Notes: generated by a model from the sequence alone, not told the origin. A stretch of DNA of 56,442 bases from Octopus bimaculoides (GCF_001194135.2 NC_068982.1:158404307-158460748), one strand, 5' to 3'; shown: positions 1 through 12,831, counted from the first letter of the stretch. Program-made: numbers and translations.

Positions 1-90
1 ATATATATCAATTTAAATAAATATTCAATTTAAATAAACGAGTAAAACTAACGGACAACAGGACGTGTACAAGAACTGTATTAGCTTGAC

Positions 91-266
91 GCTCGGTGGA
101 AAGAGAAAGTTTGACGTTTCAAACATAGTTCTTCGTCAGAAAGGAAAACGGACAAAATCCAAAGAAGGAAAAAAATCGCTCGATAAAAAGAGAGAGTTTG
201 ATGTTTCGAGCATAGCTCTTCTTATGAAAGGAGAATGGGAAAAGTCCAAAGAGGGAAAAGAAATCA
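91..266 (-). repeat. Two tandem copies of an 87-bp unit, each carrying a hammerhead-like motif
   Basis: 91-177 aligns with 178-266 (gctcg..aaagagaaagtttgacgtttc..catag.tcttc..cagaaagg..). In the second copy the motif reads TTT-CATAAGA-A-GAGC(TAT)GCTC-GAAAC-ATC-AAA, with a mutated core and a perfect helix II. Confidence 0.75.
110..142 (-). ncRNA. Minimal type I hammerhead ribozyme motif with intact core
   Basis: Minus strand: TTT-CTGACGA-A-GAAC(TAT)GTTT-GAAAC-GTC-AAA. It has the CUGANGA core, a 4-bp helix II, GAAA, a palindromic ACGU helix III, a GUC cleavage triplet and a 3-bp UUU/AAA helix I. Confidence 0.65.
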
Positions 267-1099
267 CAAACAGCATGTGTGTATTTACATCGCTGAAGAT
301 ATTTATGTATAAAGACATCCATACATATATGCATATATATGTATGTGTGCATAGATGTGCATATTTGTAGGTTTATCTGTGTTTATTTTAATGTAAACAA
401 TGGAGTTCAAAATATACAGTTAACACTGGAATATTTGCTATGTTATTACATACACAAATGAACATAGAAGACGTGCATATAGGGCATGTTTTCGTATCAA
501 ATCCAATACTTTGTCTAGGAATACTGAACAGAAAATACATTTCCCTTTATGTAAAATTTGATTTGTTTTCTTTTAGTATGAAACTGTTATCTGTCTTTAC
601 GTTAACTTTTATAATATTCAAAAATAATTTTTCGTATATCTTTGAGTTCTTTACTTAAAGTTAATACATTCCTATAATGTTCACGTTACATCTACGAAAC
701 GTTTGTTAATATCACACACACAGAAATATATATTATACCAATTTTAGACTTATATATAATTGTATATCCATTTTAATTTTTGGTTCAATTAACGTGTCTA
801 TTGGTTATTAAGCTGCTTAAGTTGTTTTTATTAGTTGCTGTTCGATGGCGTAGAAGTAGAGTTTATCGTATGCTATAATTTAAATTTATGGTCCATGCCA
901 TTTATCTGTCTGCTAACTAATTTTATCGTTTCTAATTAACTAATTTATTTTCTAGACTTTTGTTTTCATTACAATTTTAAGTTGTCTTTTGTTATTAACA
1001 AGTCAACTAGATGAATTTCTTTTCCCCGAGAATTAGTTTTATATATACGTAATTGTATAATGATACGTATACTATACATGTGAGTGTAAGAGTGAGTAC

Positions 1100-1209
<110 letters not shown>

Positions 1210-2272
1210 ATCGTATTGTGTGTTTGTGGGGTTCTTGTACTTGGACACACATCTAATACAAACACATTTATAATATTCTGATTGCTTCATAACCTTAGTT
1301 CTTATTGCTGAAAATTATGAAATATCGTTATATATATAAGCAATTTAAGATATTCAATAGATATATTGCTCCTCTTACTAATTTGGAATACAGAAAATAA
1401 AGAAAAGATAATATTTAAGTGGAAATTTCTGTTTCATTTGTGTCATGAGACATTATATATATATATATATATATATATCAACATTAATTGATGACGGTAG
1501 ATGTGTTAGGTCGATTGAGATGATAGATCGTTTGAATATTATAAAAGTTAGATATTATCGAAATATCTTCATAGCTGATTGGTTTCAGTTTCTGCTGCAG
1601 TGAACCCAATCCAAACGAAGTGAGCTGACCGATACAGAGTTGCTGATATCTAAAGTATATGTTTAATTCTTCGGTTCTTTACGATTTGAGCAACAAAATC
1701 AACTAATGGGAGGGAATGAAGCACTGTATCTGTTGTCTAATGCCACCTTTGCCTTCGAATGCTCGTTTTATTATCTCGCAGTTCCTAATCACGAATAATT
1801 ACTTATGTAAATGTTTTTGTGTTTCTTTTTGTTAATACCACAAAATTCATATTATATAGCATATGAGAGATGACACGAAATGAATATATTTTTACATCTT
1901 TAGTCAGACGAAAATTTTGCTATATCTGCATGACACTTTCCTGAGAAGAAATATGCATGCTAAATCTTCAGAAAGCACTAGAATATTTTTTTGTTTTAAG
2001 CCCAAACGTTTTAAACAATGAAGCATCGAGATAAAAATAATCATTGAACAATGCTTACAGCAATAAAACAAAATAAAGGGAGACAACAAAAAAATTACTG
2101 CTACACATTTAAATATATAGGTAAGATAAAAATATTTCGTTGACCACGATTTGAGAGTATGAAGTTCAGTTTATTGCAACTAATACACCTATACTTTTAA
2201 CGAGTATGCTGTATTTTTGCTATCCGTTTTGAAATTCATTATCTCTAATTATCTTTATCATTGTTAATATCA

Positions 2273-2407
2273 AAGCGACGAGCGACTGCAGCGTGCTAGA
2301 TGAACCGTTAGCACGCTGGACAGAATATTTCGTGTTATTTCGTTCGTCTTTATGTTTTGAGTCAAAATTTCGTTGAGGTCGACTTGCCTTTTCATTTTTC
2401 GTGGTCG
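2273..2407 (+). mobile_element. SINE family A 5' fragment
   Basis: gaaccgttagcacgctgg...gaggtcgacttgccttttc. Confidence 0.6.
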
Positions 2408-2428
2408 GTAGTTCTCTCGTATATTATA

Positions 2429-2485
<57 letters not shown>

Positions 2486-3044
2486 CTCTCACTCACTCAC
2501 TCATTCGGTCGCCCTCTCTTAGTGATACTTCAATTATTATCATCGACAGAGAGAGCAATGTATGCTATAAAAATGGCATTAGGGTACAAATATACGATGC
2601 AAAATATATCCATCATGATCACCCATCTGATAAGGATACAACAATTACATGCATCACAACCATATTCCCGTAACATGGTAATTTCATACCAAGACAGACA
2701 GCGCGTTAACTTGTAGGTGAGGTCGAGTTCAGGTCGAGTAACCAATCCCGCTCAAAAGGTCCCTCAATAAGGTTTGTTCAAGGAAGATGAACGAAACACC
2801 TATGTTTCTCTCAATACATGGATATTATGCCCCCCCCCCACTACTCTTGCTTCTGATAAGTGATGCACATATAGTCTACTACTAAGGAATATGCTCAACT
2901 GGCGCAAGACAAGCAACTGACAAACAAATCTGTTGTACTCATCACAATATCTACTCCAGCCCATCTTTTATGTCAAAACAAAAGGTGCATGATAACACTT
3001 CCAATCAATTACGATCAGGAGCCATGGTTCTGCATCAGGACCTT

Positions 3045-3066
3045 ATCATCATCATCACCATCATCG

Positions 3067-3101
<35 letters not shown>

Positions 3102-3230
3102 GTCATCATCATCATCATCATCATCATCTTGATCCTCATTATTATTATTGTTATTTTTCTACCTGGTCCTACATCAGGGACTTATCATCATCATTATTAT
3201 TGTTGTTGTTGTTGTTATTATTATTATTAT
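3045..3230. repeat. Compound (CAT)n/(ATT)n/(GTT)n microsatellite
   Basis: Directly visible; abuts the 3' end of the R4/Dong copy. Confidence 0.9.
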
Positions 3231-4587
3231 TCAGTAGTTTTATTTTTATAACGTGCTTTCACTTCACTACCGAGCGCAGCTCTGTGCGCCTTGGGTATGT
3301 GCTGTGGTTTGCTGTGGTGCTCTTATGTTTACTGTATTGAAAGTGTTTTGCGTAGAATGTGTGCAGTGCCCAGTAGTGCAATTTTCTGTATGTTATATAT
3401 ATTTGTAAGTCCTGGTGTTTTTGTTATGTATTTGTCTGAATATTTTTTTATTATACCTAAGGCACCTACTATGATAGGAATTGTTTCTGTTTTTAGATTC
3501 CACATTCGAGTTATCTCTATTTCCAGGTCTTTGTATTTTGAAAGTTTTTCCATTTCTTTTAGAGAAACGTTGTCATCTGCTGGTATTGAAACATNNNNNN
3601 NNNNNNNNNNNNNNNNNNNNNNNNNNNNNNNNNNNNNNNNNNNNNNNNNNNNNNNNNNNNNNNNNNNNNNNNNNNNNNNNNNNNNNNNNNNNNNNNNNNN
3701 NNNNNNNNNNNNNNNNNNNNNNNNNNNNNNNNNNNNNNNNNNNNNNNNNNNNNNNNNNNNNNNNNNNNNNNNNNNNNNNNNNNNNNNNNNNNNNNNNNNN
3801 NNNNNNNNNNNNNNNNNNNNNNNNNNNNNNNNNNNNNNNNNNNNNNNNNNNNNNNNNNNNNNNNNNNNNNNNNNNNNNNNNNNNNNNNNNNNNNNNNNNN
3901 NNNNNNNNNNNNNNNNNNNNNNNNNNNNNNNNNNNNNNNNNNNNNNNNNNNNNNNNNNNNNNNNNNNNNNNNNNNNNNNNNNNNNNNNNNNNNNNNNNNN
4001 NNNNNNNNNNNNNNNNNNNNNNNNNNNNNNNNNNNNNNNNNNNNNNNNNNNNNNNNNNNNNNNNNNNNNNNNNNNNNNNNNNNNNNNNNNNNNNNNNNNN
4101 NNNNNNNNNNNNNNNNNNNNNNNNNNNNNNNNNNNNNNNNNNNNNNNNNNNNNNNNNNNNNNNNNNNNNNNNNNNNNNNNNNNNNNNNNNNNNNNNNNNN
4201 NNNNNNNNNNNNNNNNNNNNNNNNNNNNNNNNNNNNNNNNNNNNNNNNNNNNNNNNNNNNNNNNNNNNNNNNNNNNNNNNNNNNNNNNNNNNNNNNNNNN
4301 NNNNNNNNNNNNNNNNNNNNNNNNNNNNNNNNNNNNNNNNNNNNNNNNNNNNNNNNNNNNNNNNNNNNNNNNNNNNNNNNNNNNNNNNNNNNNNNNNNNN
4401 NNNNNNNNNNNNNNNNNNNNNNNNNNNNNNNNNNNNNNNNNNNNNNNNNNNNNNNNNNNNNNNNNNNNNNNNNNNNNNNNNNNNNNNNNNNNNNNNNNNN
4501 NNNNNNNNNNNNNNNNNNNNNNNNNTTAGTGTCCAGTTAAGGATGTTGTAGCTGTAGCTTATAACTGGGACAGCTAAAGTGTTGATA
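3231..4587 (-). mobile_element. 5'-truncated R4/Dong-like non-LTR retrotransposon (RLE endonuclease C-terminus plus 3'UTR), spanning a gap and flanked by (TAA)n on both sides
   Basis: ORF 3329-3553 'EKLSKYKDLEIEITRMWNLKTETIPIIVGALG...IQKIALLGTAHILRKTL' is the typical R4-clade C-terminus. Positions 4526-4586 (minus) encode 'INTLAVPVISYSYNILNWTL', the post-RT motif. (ATT)n tracts lie at ~3215-3230 and 4588-4665. Confidence 0.85.
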
Positions 4588-4590
4588 TTA

Positions 4591-4665
<75 letters not shown>
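4588..4665. repeat. (ATT)n microsatellite
   Basis: About 25 units, at the 5' junction of the R4/Dong fragment. Confidence 0.95.
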
Positions 4666-4669
<4 letters not shown>

Positions 4670-5024
4670 TAGATACCGTGTGTGAGCTAACATGAACACA
4701 ATGAACTGATTCATCTGGGATACGTTGCAGATATCTGTCATAGTCACCTGAAAGTTAAATTTATTGAATTATTCAACACGGTGTTTCAATTGTGAGACAG
4801 TTTAGGAATGATAAGATGACATCTGTGCATGCTGGGTGCGTCAAGGCAAAGTTGATGTACATTTTGCTAATGAAAATTAGCCGATAGTAATGTTATAATA
4901 ATAATAGTTATTCGAAAAGTATATTTTCTTAATCACGCCGGTTATCTCATTTTTAAGGAAGATGCGTTTGCGTATAGCAACAGTATGTTTTTACATAAAA
5001 CATGGGCAATATTCCGAAAGATAA

Positions 5025-5254
5025 GGGCGGGAAGCTGGAAGAATCGTTAGCACGCTGGGGGAAATACTTAGCGGTATTTCGTCTGCCGTTACGTTCTGAG
5101 TTCAAATTCCGCCGAGGTCGACTTTGCCTTTCATTCTTTCGGTATCGATTAAATTAGTGCCAGTTACTCACTAGGGTCGATGTAATCAACTTAATCCCTT
5201 TGTCTGTCCTTGTTTTGTCCCCTCTATGTTTAGCCCCTTGTAGACAAAGAAATA
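5025..5254 (+). mobile_element. tRNA-derived SINE, family A (full length)
   Basis: ggcgggaagctggaagaatcgttagcacgc...gagttcaaattccgccgaggtcgactttgcc... Homologous copies at 2273, 34572, 48265 and 55626. Confidence 0.8.
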
Positions 5255-6168
5255 AATTCCGAAAGGTAAGTAGCAACGCTTGAGATTTCTAGAGGATCAT
5301 AAACTAAAAAAATATATGTAGTATTCTCTTTTTATATTGGAAATTTCTTTGTATAAAGAAGAAAAAAATATCATAAAATACTATTTACAATGTCTTTGAT
5401 TTTCTTTGTAATATGAAGGGTGTAATATAAATAAAACAATCGTATCATTTTGCTTTTTTGAAGGAATTTAGCTGAGTCCACTCATAAAAAAAAAAATCAA
5501 GGTTAAGATTCATGTGAGCAATGCAAGTCTGTTTTCATCTCGCCTGAAAGAGACACCTGATGAAGAACATAGATTATTATCAAATCCAGAGTGGTCTATG
5601 TAACAAAGAGAAACATCATATACATAACCATACAGTAGAACGTTTGTTCGCTACATTGATTGCGAATAAAATTAATGTGGATACTATACACAAGAGAAAG
5701 GCACTTATAGTGTATGATCCGATGTATCGGTGTTTCAGAAATCTTATGGACTGGATTGTACCTTATCTAGGTCTTTCATTTTCATATAGTAGAAGGCACA
5801 CCATTTATCCAAGAGATTTGTATAAGAAATGTTCATAATGTCAACACTAACAACATTGTTTTGGTTCCTATTCCTATCACGCTTAGTGACCATCTTCAAA
5901 CAACCTCATTTCATTCAAAAAATATTGTCATGGTGACTAAGTTCACGTGTTGGTTTGGTAAGTTTAATATATGAACAGTTCTATTAAGCACGTGCATTTT
6001 GAGGTGAAATTAAAACAGGCACCAAAAATACAATCGAATGATTTAGAAGATGCAATTTTTTTTATCATTTATTAAATTTTTTTCCCGTTACTGATGTTAG
6101 AAAATATTAAATAATACTTGACTATGTATTCCATTTTTAAAATTGAACTAAAATAACAGTATATAGAG

Positions 6169-6285
6169 ATATTTCCTAAAATACAAAATTATAGTGCTTT
6201 CAATTTTCTCATTATTTATTCGATACATTTCAATTCTTATTGTAAAGGTAAAGCTACACTGCATATATACATACATACATACATG

Positions 6286-6317
<32 letters not shown>

Positions 6318-6352
6318 CATACATATACATGCACACACATACACACATACAT

Positions 6353-6409
<57 letters not shown>

Positions 6410-6722
6410 NNNNNNNNNNNNNNNNNNNNNNNNNNNNNNNNNNNNNNNNNNNNNNNNNNNNNNNNNNNNNNNNNNNNNNNNNNNNNNNNNNNNNNNNNNN
6501 NNNNNNNNNNNNNNNNNNNNNNNNNNNNNNNNNNNNNNNNNNNNNNNNNNNNNNNNNNNNNNNNNNNNNNNNNNNNNNNNNNNNNNNNNNNNNNTATATA
6601 TATATATATGTATGTGTATGCATATATACAGTGTAGCTTTACATTTACAATAGAAACTGAAATGTATCGAATAAATAATGAGAAAATTGAAATCACTATA
6701 ATTTTGTATTTTAGGAAATATA
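6169..6722. repeat. Inverted repeat (~110-bp arms) around a TA/CATA microsatellite and a gap
   Basis: 6169-6280 versus the reverse complement of 6620-6722, about 93% identical by eye. Confidence 0.85.
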
Positions 6723-6899
6723 TGTCTCCCTATATACGTACGTTTATGAATTTTTGTTGCAAGTTTTCTGATACGAAACCGTGTGTTGAAACAGATATTG
6801 TTATATTTCAGGATGATCATTTCTATTTTCACTAAATAAACACTCGCACTATATATTCGTTCTTCACTCGATTATTATTGTTCTTATTTTAACACATGA

Positions 6900-6950
6900 C
6901 CATCGTCAGGAAATCTTTCGTCACGCATCTGTGACCTCTTCAGTGATACT
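6900..6950 (-). ncRNA. Hammerhead-like motif in the Penelope pseudo-LTR
   Basis: Minus strand: GTATCA-CTGAAGA-G-GTCAC(AGATGC)GTGAC-GAAA-GATTTC-C-TGACG. It has a perfect 5-bp helix II and an atypical helix III/cleavage region. Confidence 0.5.
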
Positions 6951-8542
6951 TTCCGTCTCTGTGTGTGCTCCTGCTTCGTTTAGTCCATTCTGTTCTATGG
7001 TGTGTATCCTCATATGCGCATGTGTTTGCGTCTGTATTTGTGTCTGTGTGTGTGTATACATGTGTGTGTGTCGTTGTTCTTAATAGTAATATCACCCCAC
7101 TTTAACCCCAGTCCCCTCCCAAGTTGCCGCTGTTGCTCCCTTTCACCGCGACTTTTGGTACCTTCCTGCATCTCTCTGTGTTTTGTGTTTGCCCAAGCTG
7201 CTGCCATAGTGGTAGTAGTAGTTGTTGCTACCGTTGTTGCGGTTGTCGTAGTTGGTCACGTTGTTCATGTTATGGCCGTTTCTGAAGTTACTATATGTGC
7301 TTGTGTATGTATATGGTTTTCCTTATTATGTTGTTTGTACCCGTACCCTTTATACTTTTTACTGTGATTAACTATTTACTCTATTTATTATATTTATCAT
7401 AGGTATGTACATATTTGTCCATTGTGTGTGTATTACACCTTTTTTGATTTTTCTCCCTTCTGTATTTAGTCGTCATGTTGCCTGGTTTGATGGCGGGTGT
7501 TATTGTTCCATCCGTGTTTGTCTGTCTATTGCTATGTGTGTAGCCTCTGTGATCTGTCTAAATGTCATGTCAGTCCTATGCGTTGATAATACCATAACAT
7601 CTATGTATTTAAATGATCCTCTCTGCGCTGCTTGAGCATGTTGGTAGAGTAATAACGAGCCTTTCTACTCTTTGAGCTCCCACCAGTTTTCTCCTATATG
7701 TTCCTGTATGCTGCGTGATGTCTGCAACGTAAGAAGTTGTCTTATTTCTGCACCGTAAGCTATACACTATACTCCTAAAATTACAGTTAAGCTGTAGGTT
7801 CATCCTACATATACAGTTGTTCTCCATGCATGGGGATCTATCGAGTGGATAAAATCTGCAGATCAGGGATTTAGGGAAACTCCATAATTTTCTACTACTC
7901 GTATCCGTAAACCAGCCTTATCTAATGCCTTTTTAAAAAGATATGTTAGTTCGCCGCCAGGGGTAGTATCAACGAACGTGACGCTCTGGTATTTTTTGCT
8001 GTCAGACCAAGAATTGGCCCTATATATCTTTCTTTCTGGTTCTTTTGTTTTCTGTTTCAGGATCTCCTCCTGTATAACGGGTAGATCCCCTTTGCATCGC
8101 TCTCTATGAGGGCTTTGTATTTAGAACCGTCTAATCTTGCCCCTTAGGTTGTAGCCAGAGAACTGCTTGCGGTGGATAAAGACTTGCATGTGAATTCCCA
8201 ATTCTGTAGGGGCGCACATGCAGGACACATTCCTCAACACTCTCACCAAGACTGCTATGAGAATTTTGAACCTAGCATCGGCATGGGCGAACACAAACGC
8301 ATAGAGAGCTGCATGATTGCTACCAAAAGTCCGGATCAGAGGCAGTAAAATGGTAACGGGGGAGGGGACTGGGGTTAAAGTCGAGTGATATTGCTACTAA
8401 GAACAACGACACACACACACACATGTATACACACATGAACTGACTCACACAAATACAGACGCAAAAGCATGCGCATATGAGGATACACATCACAGAATAA
8501 CAGAATGGACTATGCGAAGCAAGAGCTCATACGAGGATGGAA

Positions 8543-8593
8543 AGTGTCACTGAAGCGGCCACAGATGTGTAACGAAAGATTTCCGGACAATGG
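8543..8593 (+). ncRNA. Degenerate inverted copy of the Penelope hammerhead-like motif
   Basis: AGTGTCA-CTGAAGC-GGCCACAGATGTGTAAC-GAAA-GATTTCCGGACAATGG. The core A9 is mutated and helix II is disrupted. Confidence 0.35.
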
Positions 8594-9159
8594 ACATGAG
8601 TTAAAATAAGAACAATAATAATCAAGTGAAAAATGAATATATAGTGCTTATGTTTATTTCACAAAAAGAAAAGGAAATGACCATCCGAAATGCAACAATA
8701 TATATATATATATCTATATATATATNNNNNNNNNNNNNNNNNNNNNNNNNNNNNNNNNNNNNNNNNNNNNNNNNNNNNNNNNNNNNNNNNNNNNNNNNNN
8801 NNNNNNNNNNNNNNNNNNNNNNNNNNNNNNNNNNNNNNNNNNNNNNNNNNNNNNNNNNNNNNNNNNNNNNNNNNNNNNNNNNNNNNNNNNNNNNNNNNNN
8901 NNNNNNNNNNNNNNNNNNNNNNNNNNNNNNNNNNNNNNNNNNNNNNNNNNNNNNNNNNNNNNNNNNNNNNNNNNNNNNNNNNNNNNNNNNNNNNNNNNNN
9001 NNNNNNNNNNNNNNNNNNNNNNNNNNNNNNNNNNNNNNNNNNNNNNNNNNNNNNNNNNNNNNNNNNNNNNNNNNNNNNNNNNNNNNNNNNNNNNNNNNNN
9101 NNNNNNNNNNNNNNNNNNNNNNNNNNNNNNNNNNNNNNNNNNNNNNNNNNNNNNNNNNN

Positions 9160-9248
<89 letters not shown>

Positions 9249-10036
9249 CATATACACACACGTTATTTCTGACTTGTTCTCAAATTAATCGATGTTTACT
9301 TCTTGAAGAGCCTTCATTAATTCCCTGAGTATAAACAGTTTATGTATGAGCTGAGTAAGAAATACTTGAATCGAAATACAAATCTTTTCATGTCTATGTG
9401 TGCTCACGTGGTAAAAGTAAAAGAAAATATATTTAAAACCAATACGAAGAGCTATTTCTGCCATTTATACATTTGAAATGAATTGCTCCAAGGGAGGAAT
9501 TCTGCACATTAGCTATCTAATTTACTTCAAAGCGATTTAGTTTCTATCCTACAGATTATATCTACTTCCGTAGAAACTCTATAAAAATTAAATTTCTGTT
9601 TGTAATTACAAGTAACATATAACATCATATTTTAGCCAACCACAGTGTAACCTCTTAAAATTACTAAAATTATCAAAGAGAAATCCGTTTAATTGACCAA
9701 AGAAAAGTTCCTCCTCTAGTTATCTTGAGATTTGTAAGAAAATTCTCAGAGATACAAGGCAATGACTGCGGTTTTCACCATTCAATTAGACTTTTTCACC
9801 AGGAAACCATGGTTGCAGAAAATATGTTTTGATTCTGCAACAAAAATACCAAAGGCACACAAGCAAACGTATATTTACGTAGCCTCACATGGCAACAAGC
9901 AAATATGTGCCAGTATAAATATATATATATAAATATATGTATGTCTGTGAGTGCATGTGTGTGAGTGTGTGCGTGTAAATATGGGTGTATACATATGCAT
10001 GCGTGTGTGTGTGCAAGTGTGTATGTACAATATATG

Positions 10037-10083
<47 letters not shown>

Positions 10084-10944
10084 NNNNNNNNNNNNNNNNN
10101 NNNNNNNNNNNNNNNNNNNNNNNNNNNNNNNNNNNNNNNNNNNNNNNNNNNNNNNNNNNNNNNNNNNNNNNNNNNNNNNNNNNNNNNNNNNNNNNNNNNN
10201 NNNNNNNNNNNNNNNNNNNNNNNNNNNNNNNNNNNNNNNNNNNNNNNNNNNNNNNNNNNNNNNNNNNNNNNNNNNNNNNNNNNNNNNNNNNNNNNNNNNN
10301 NNNNNNNNNNNNNNNNNNNNNNNNNNNNNNNNNNNNNNNNNNNNNNNNNNNNNNNNNNNNNNNNNNNNNNNNNNNNNNNNNNNNNNNNNNNNNNNNNNNN
10401 NNNNNNNNNNNNNNNNNNNNNNNNNNNNNNNNNNNNNNNNNNNNNNNNNNNNNNNNNNNNNNNNNNNNNNNNNNNNNNNNNNNNNNNNNNNNNNNNNNNN
10501 NNNNNNNNNNNNNNNNNNNNNNNNNNNNNNNNNNNNNNNNNNNNNNNNNNNNNNNNNNNNNNNNNNNNNNNNNNNNNNNNNNNNNNNNNNNNNNNNNNNN
10601 NNNNNNNNNNNNNNNNNNNNNNNNNNNNNNNNNNNNNNNNNNNNNNNNNNNNNNNNNNNNNNNNNNNNNNNNNNNNNNNNNNNNNNNNNNNNNNNNNNNN
10701 NNNNNNNNNNNNNNNNNNNNNNNNNNNNNNNNNNNNNNNNNNNNNTGTTCAATATAAAGGATCAAATATATAAATATAAAAATATAAATATATAAAGGCG
10801 ACTCGAGTTTCAGGGCTATTTCCCTTCGTCATAAATAAAACATAAAAAACAGACAGTGTTGGAACTCTTTTAAACAAAATAATATATTCCTCTATACACA
10901 ATCATACAAAAAAACCACCTTTTTTGGACATATTTTTACTCGCA

Positions 10945-10985
<41 letters not shown>

Positions 10986-11600
10986 GCATATATATGTATA
11001 AATATGATTAAGGGATCAGCAAATATTTGCTTCACCATATACCGAAGTTCAGAAATAGCAGCTAAAAAAGCTGAGAATCCCACAGATAGCATCACTTGTA
11101 ACATATATATATATATATGTGTATTTATATGCATATATGTCTATGTCAATGATAAACTTTCATCTCCATTTAATTCTACAACCTTGGACAAATCACTCTT
11201 TAGGAAAACATATCATTTCCTTATTGATGCATGTTCCCAATCTCCTCGCTAACGGAATCTATCGGAGGTAAGGCCAGCTACATGGGTGTATGGAATTATA
11301 ATTCACTCTAGACGAAAGCAAAGCTATCGGATTGCAAAAGCTGGTGCACCTACAGCAAGGATATTGGCTCGAACCTCGGCCTTATCGATATTTCAAGGCT
11401 CCTAACTGATATATACTGAACAACACCGAAGCGATAAAATGCAAACTTGGCCTGTATGATGTCTTCGTTCCCGGAGAAGGATGCTGGTAGGACATTATAT
11501 GAAACGAACCATCATCTCTGACAATTCGTTACATTATACACATACCAAAAGTTACATATACGCACATACACACGCATACATGTTTGCCCATATATGCACA

Positions 11601-11640
<40 letters not shown>

Positions 11641-11934
11641 CGTATACGGATGTATACTTACACACGAGGCAGAGGGCTGAAAAGTCTCTCACTTCAAGGG
11701 TATCACGAAAGGCCTGTCTAGTGATCAAAGGTTCCGAGTTCTTTTACAAAGCTTAGAAAAACAGCAGGGCCGATGCAATAAGTGTGTGAATTCGAGTGGG
11801 GAATATATTGAATAAAATTACAATTAACTGATCCTCCTGTATTTTCTTTTCATCAGCCTCTCTCTCTGTCTCGCTTTCTCTCTCTCTCAAAGAAACACAT
11901 ACGCACACGCACACACATATATATACAGTCATTT

Positions 11935-12232
11935 AATCGAATAGACTATCGGATATGGTTCAACAACGTTGGTCAAAATGTGACATCCTCATATTGTTAT
12001 AGCCTTTATATGATTCCAACCCATTGGCTAGGCGGGAAGGCCAACCATTCCGCTGGACGAAATCCTAGTATGTCGCTGAGTTATCCACTTTCAGTAGAGT
12101 GTAGTGCTGCAATGTAAAATGAAGTGTTTTGCTCAAGGACACAATAAGCCGCCGGTCTGGGCATCGAAATAACAGTCTTCATCTTGCGATTATAAGTGGG
12201 ATGTAGTAACCATTATGTAACGCAATTTCACA
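11935..12232 (-). mobile_element. Ancient SINE remnant
   Basis: Minus strand: ...tttcgatgcccagaccggcggcttattgtgtccttgagcaaaacactt... (B-box-like motif followed by the typical TGTGTCCTTGAGCAA segment). Confidence 0.55.
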
Positions 12233-12261
12233 CACACACAGACGCATATACACAGACGCAA

Positions 12262-12299
<38 letters not shown>

Positions 12300-12831
12300 T
12301 ACAAACGCACAAACACATACCACCACACACACACACAGACACACAGACACAGATACACACAGACACAGACACACACAGACACAGACACACACACAAATAC
12401 ACATCGTTATTCCATTTCTGAAAATATTTAAACAATAACACTATAATATTATGAACTAGATATGAATGAGTTCTTTGGATTTCGTTTGTTTGAGAAACGT
12501 GCAATCTCCAAGCAACGGCGATATTTTAGTTGATCGACATAAGAACAACTGGAAGTATTGATCAAATAAGGGAGTTGAGAGAGGAATTAACTATTTTAGC
12601 AAATCAGTATATTTTGCTGAAGAAAAAGAAATATTGCTTTTAAGAATTTGATACGCTACATATTGGCATTAAATCAATTAATGTTGAAGGGTTAATAGAC
12701 TAAAGCAAATAGTTTATTTTTGCATTTGTTTATTGCAGTTCAAGTTTAAATGGAGGTTATTTATGTGTGTATATGTGTGTGAGTATACACTCACACACAC
12801 ATACTACACACACATACAAGGAGATATCATA

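Larger units (their letters stand above)
6795..8702 (-). mobile_element. Decayed Penelope-like element (3' ORF remnant with GIY-YIG endonuclease) with inverted pseudo-LTRs
   Basis: Minus-strand frameshifted translation of ~8160-7480 gives SGYNLRG.., YKALIESDAKGIYPLYRRR, YQSVTFVDTTPGGEL...LRIRVVENYGVSL, C..C..C...IVYSLRC...YV.(E)TSRSIQEHIGE, RQITEATHI. Positions 6795-7204 and 8274-8702 are reverse complements of each other and contain hammerhead-like motifs. Confidence 0.8.

Noticed and set aside
2970-3251. 93-aa poly-Ile/Cys/Tyr ORF that looks like a TM protein
   Set aside because: Translation of (CAT)n/(ATT)n/(GTT)n microsatellites.
5560-5838. 92-aa plus-strand ORF
   Set aside because: No recognisable motif; length is within chance expectation.
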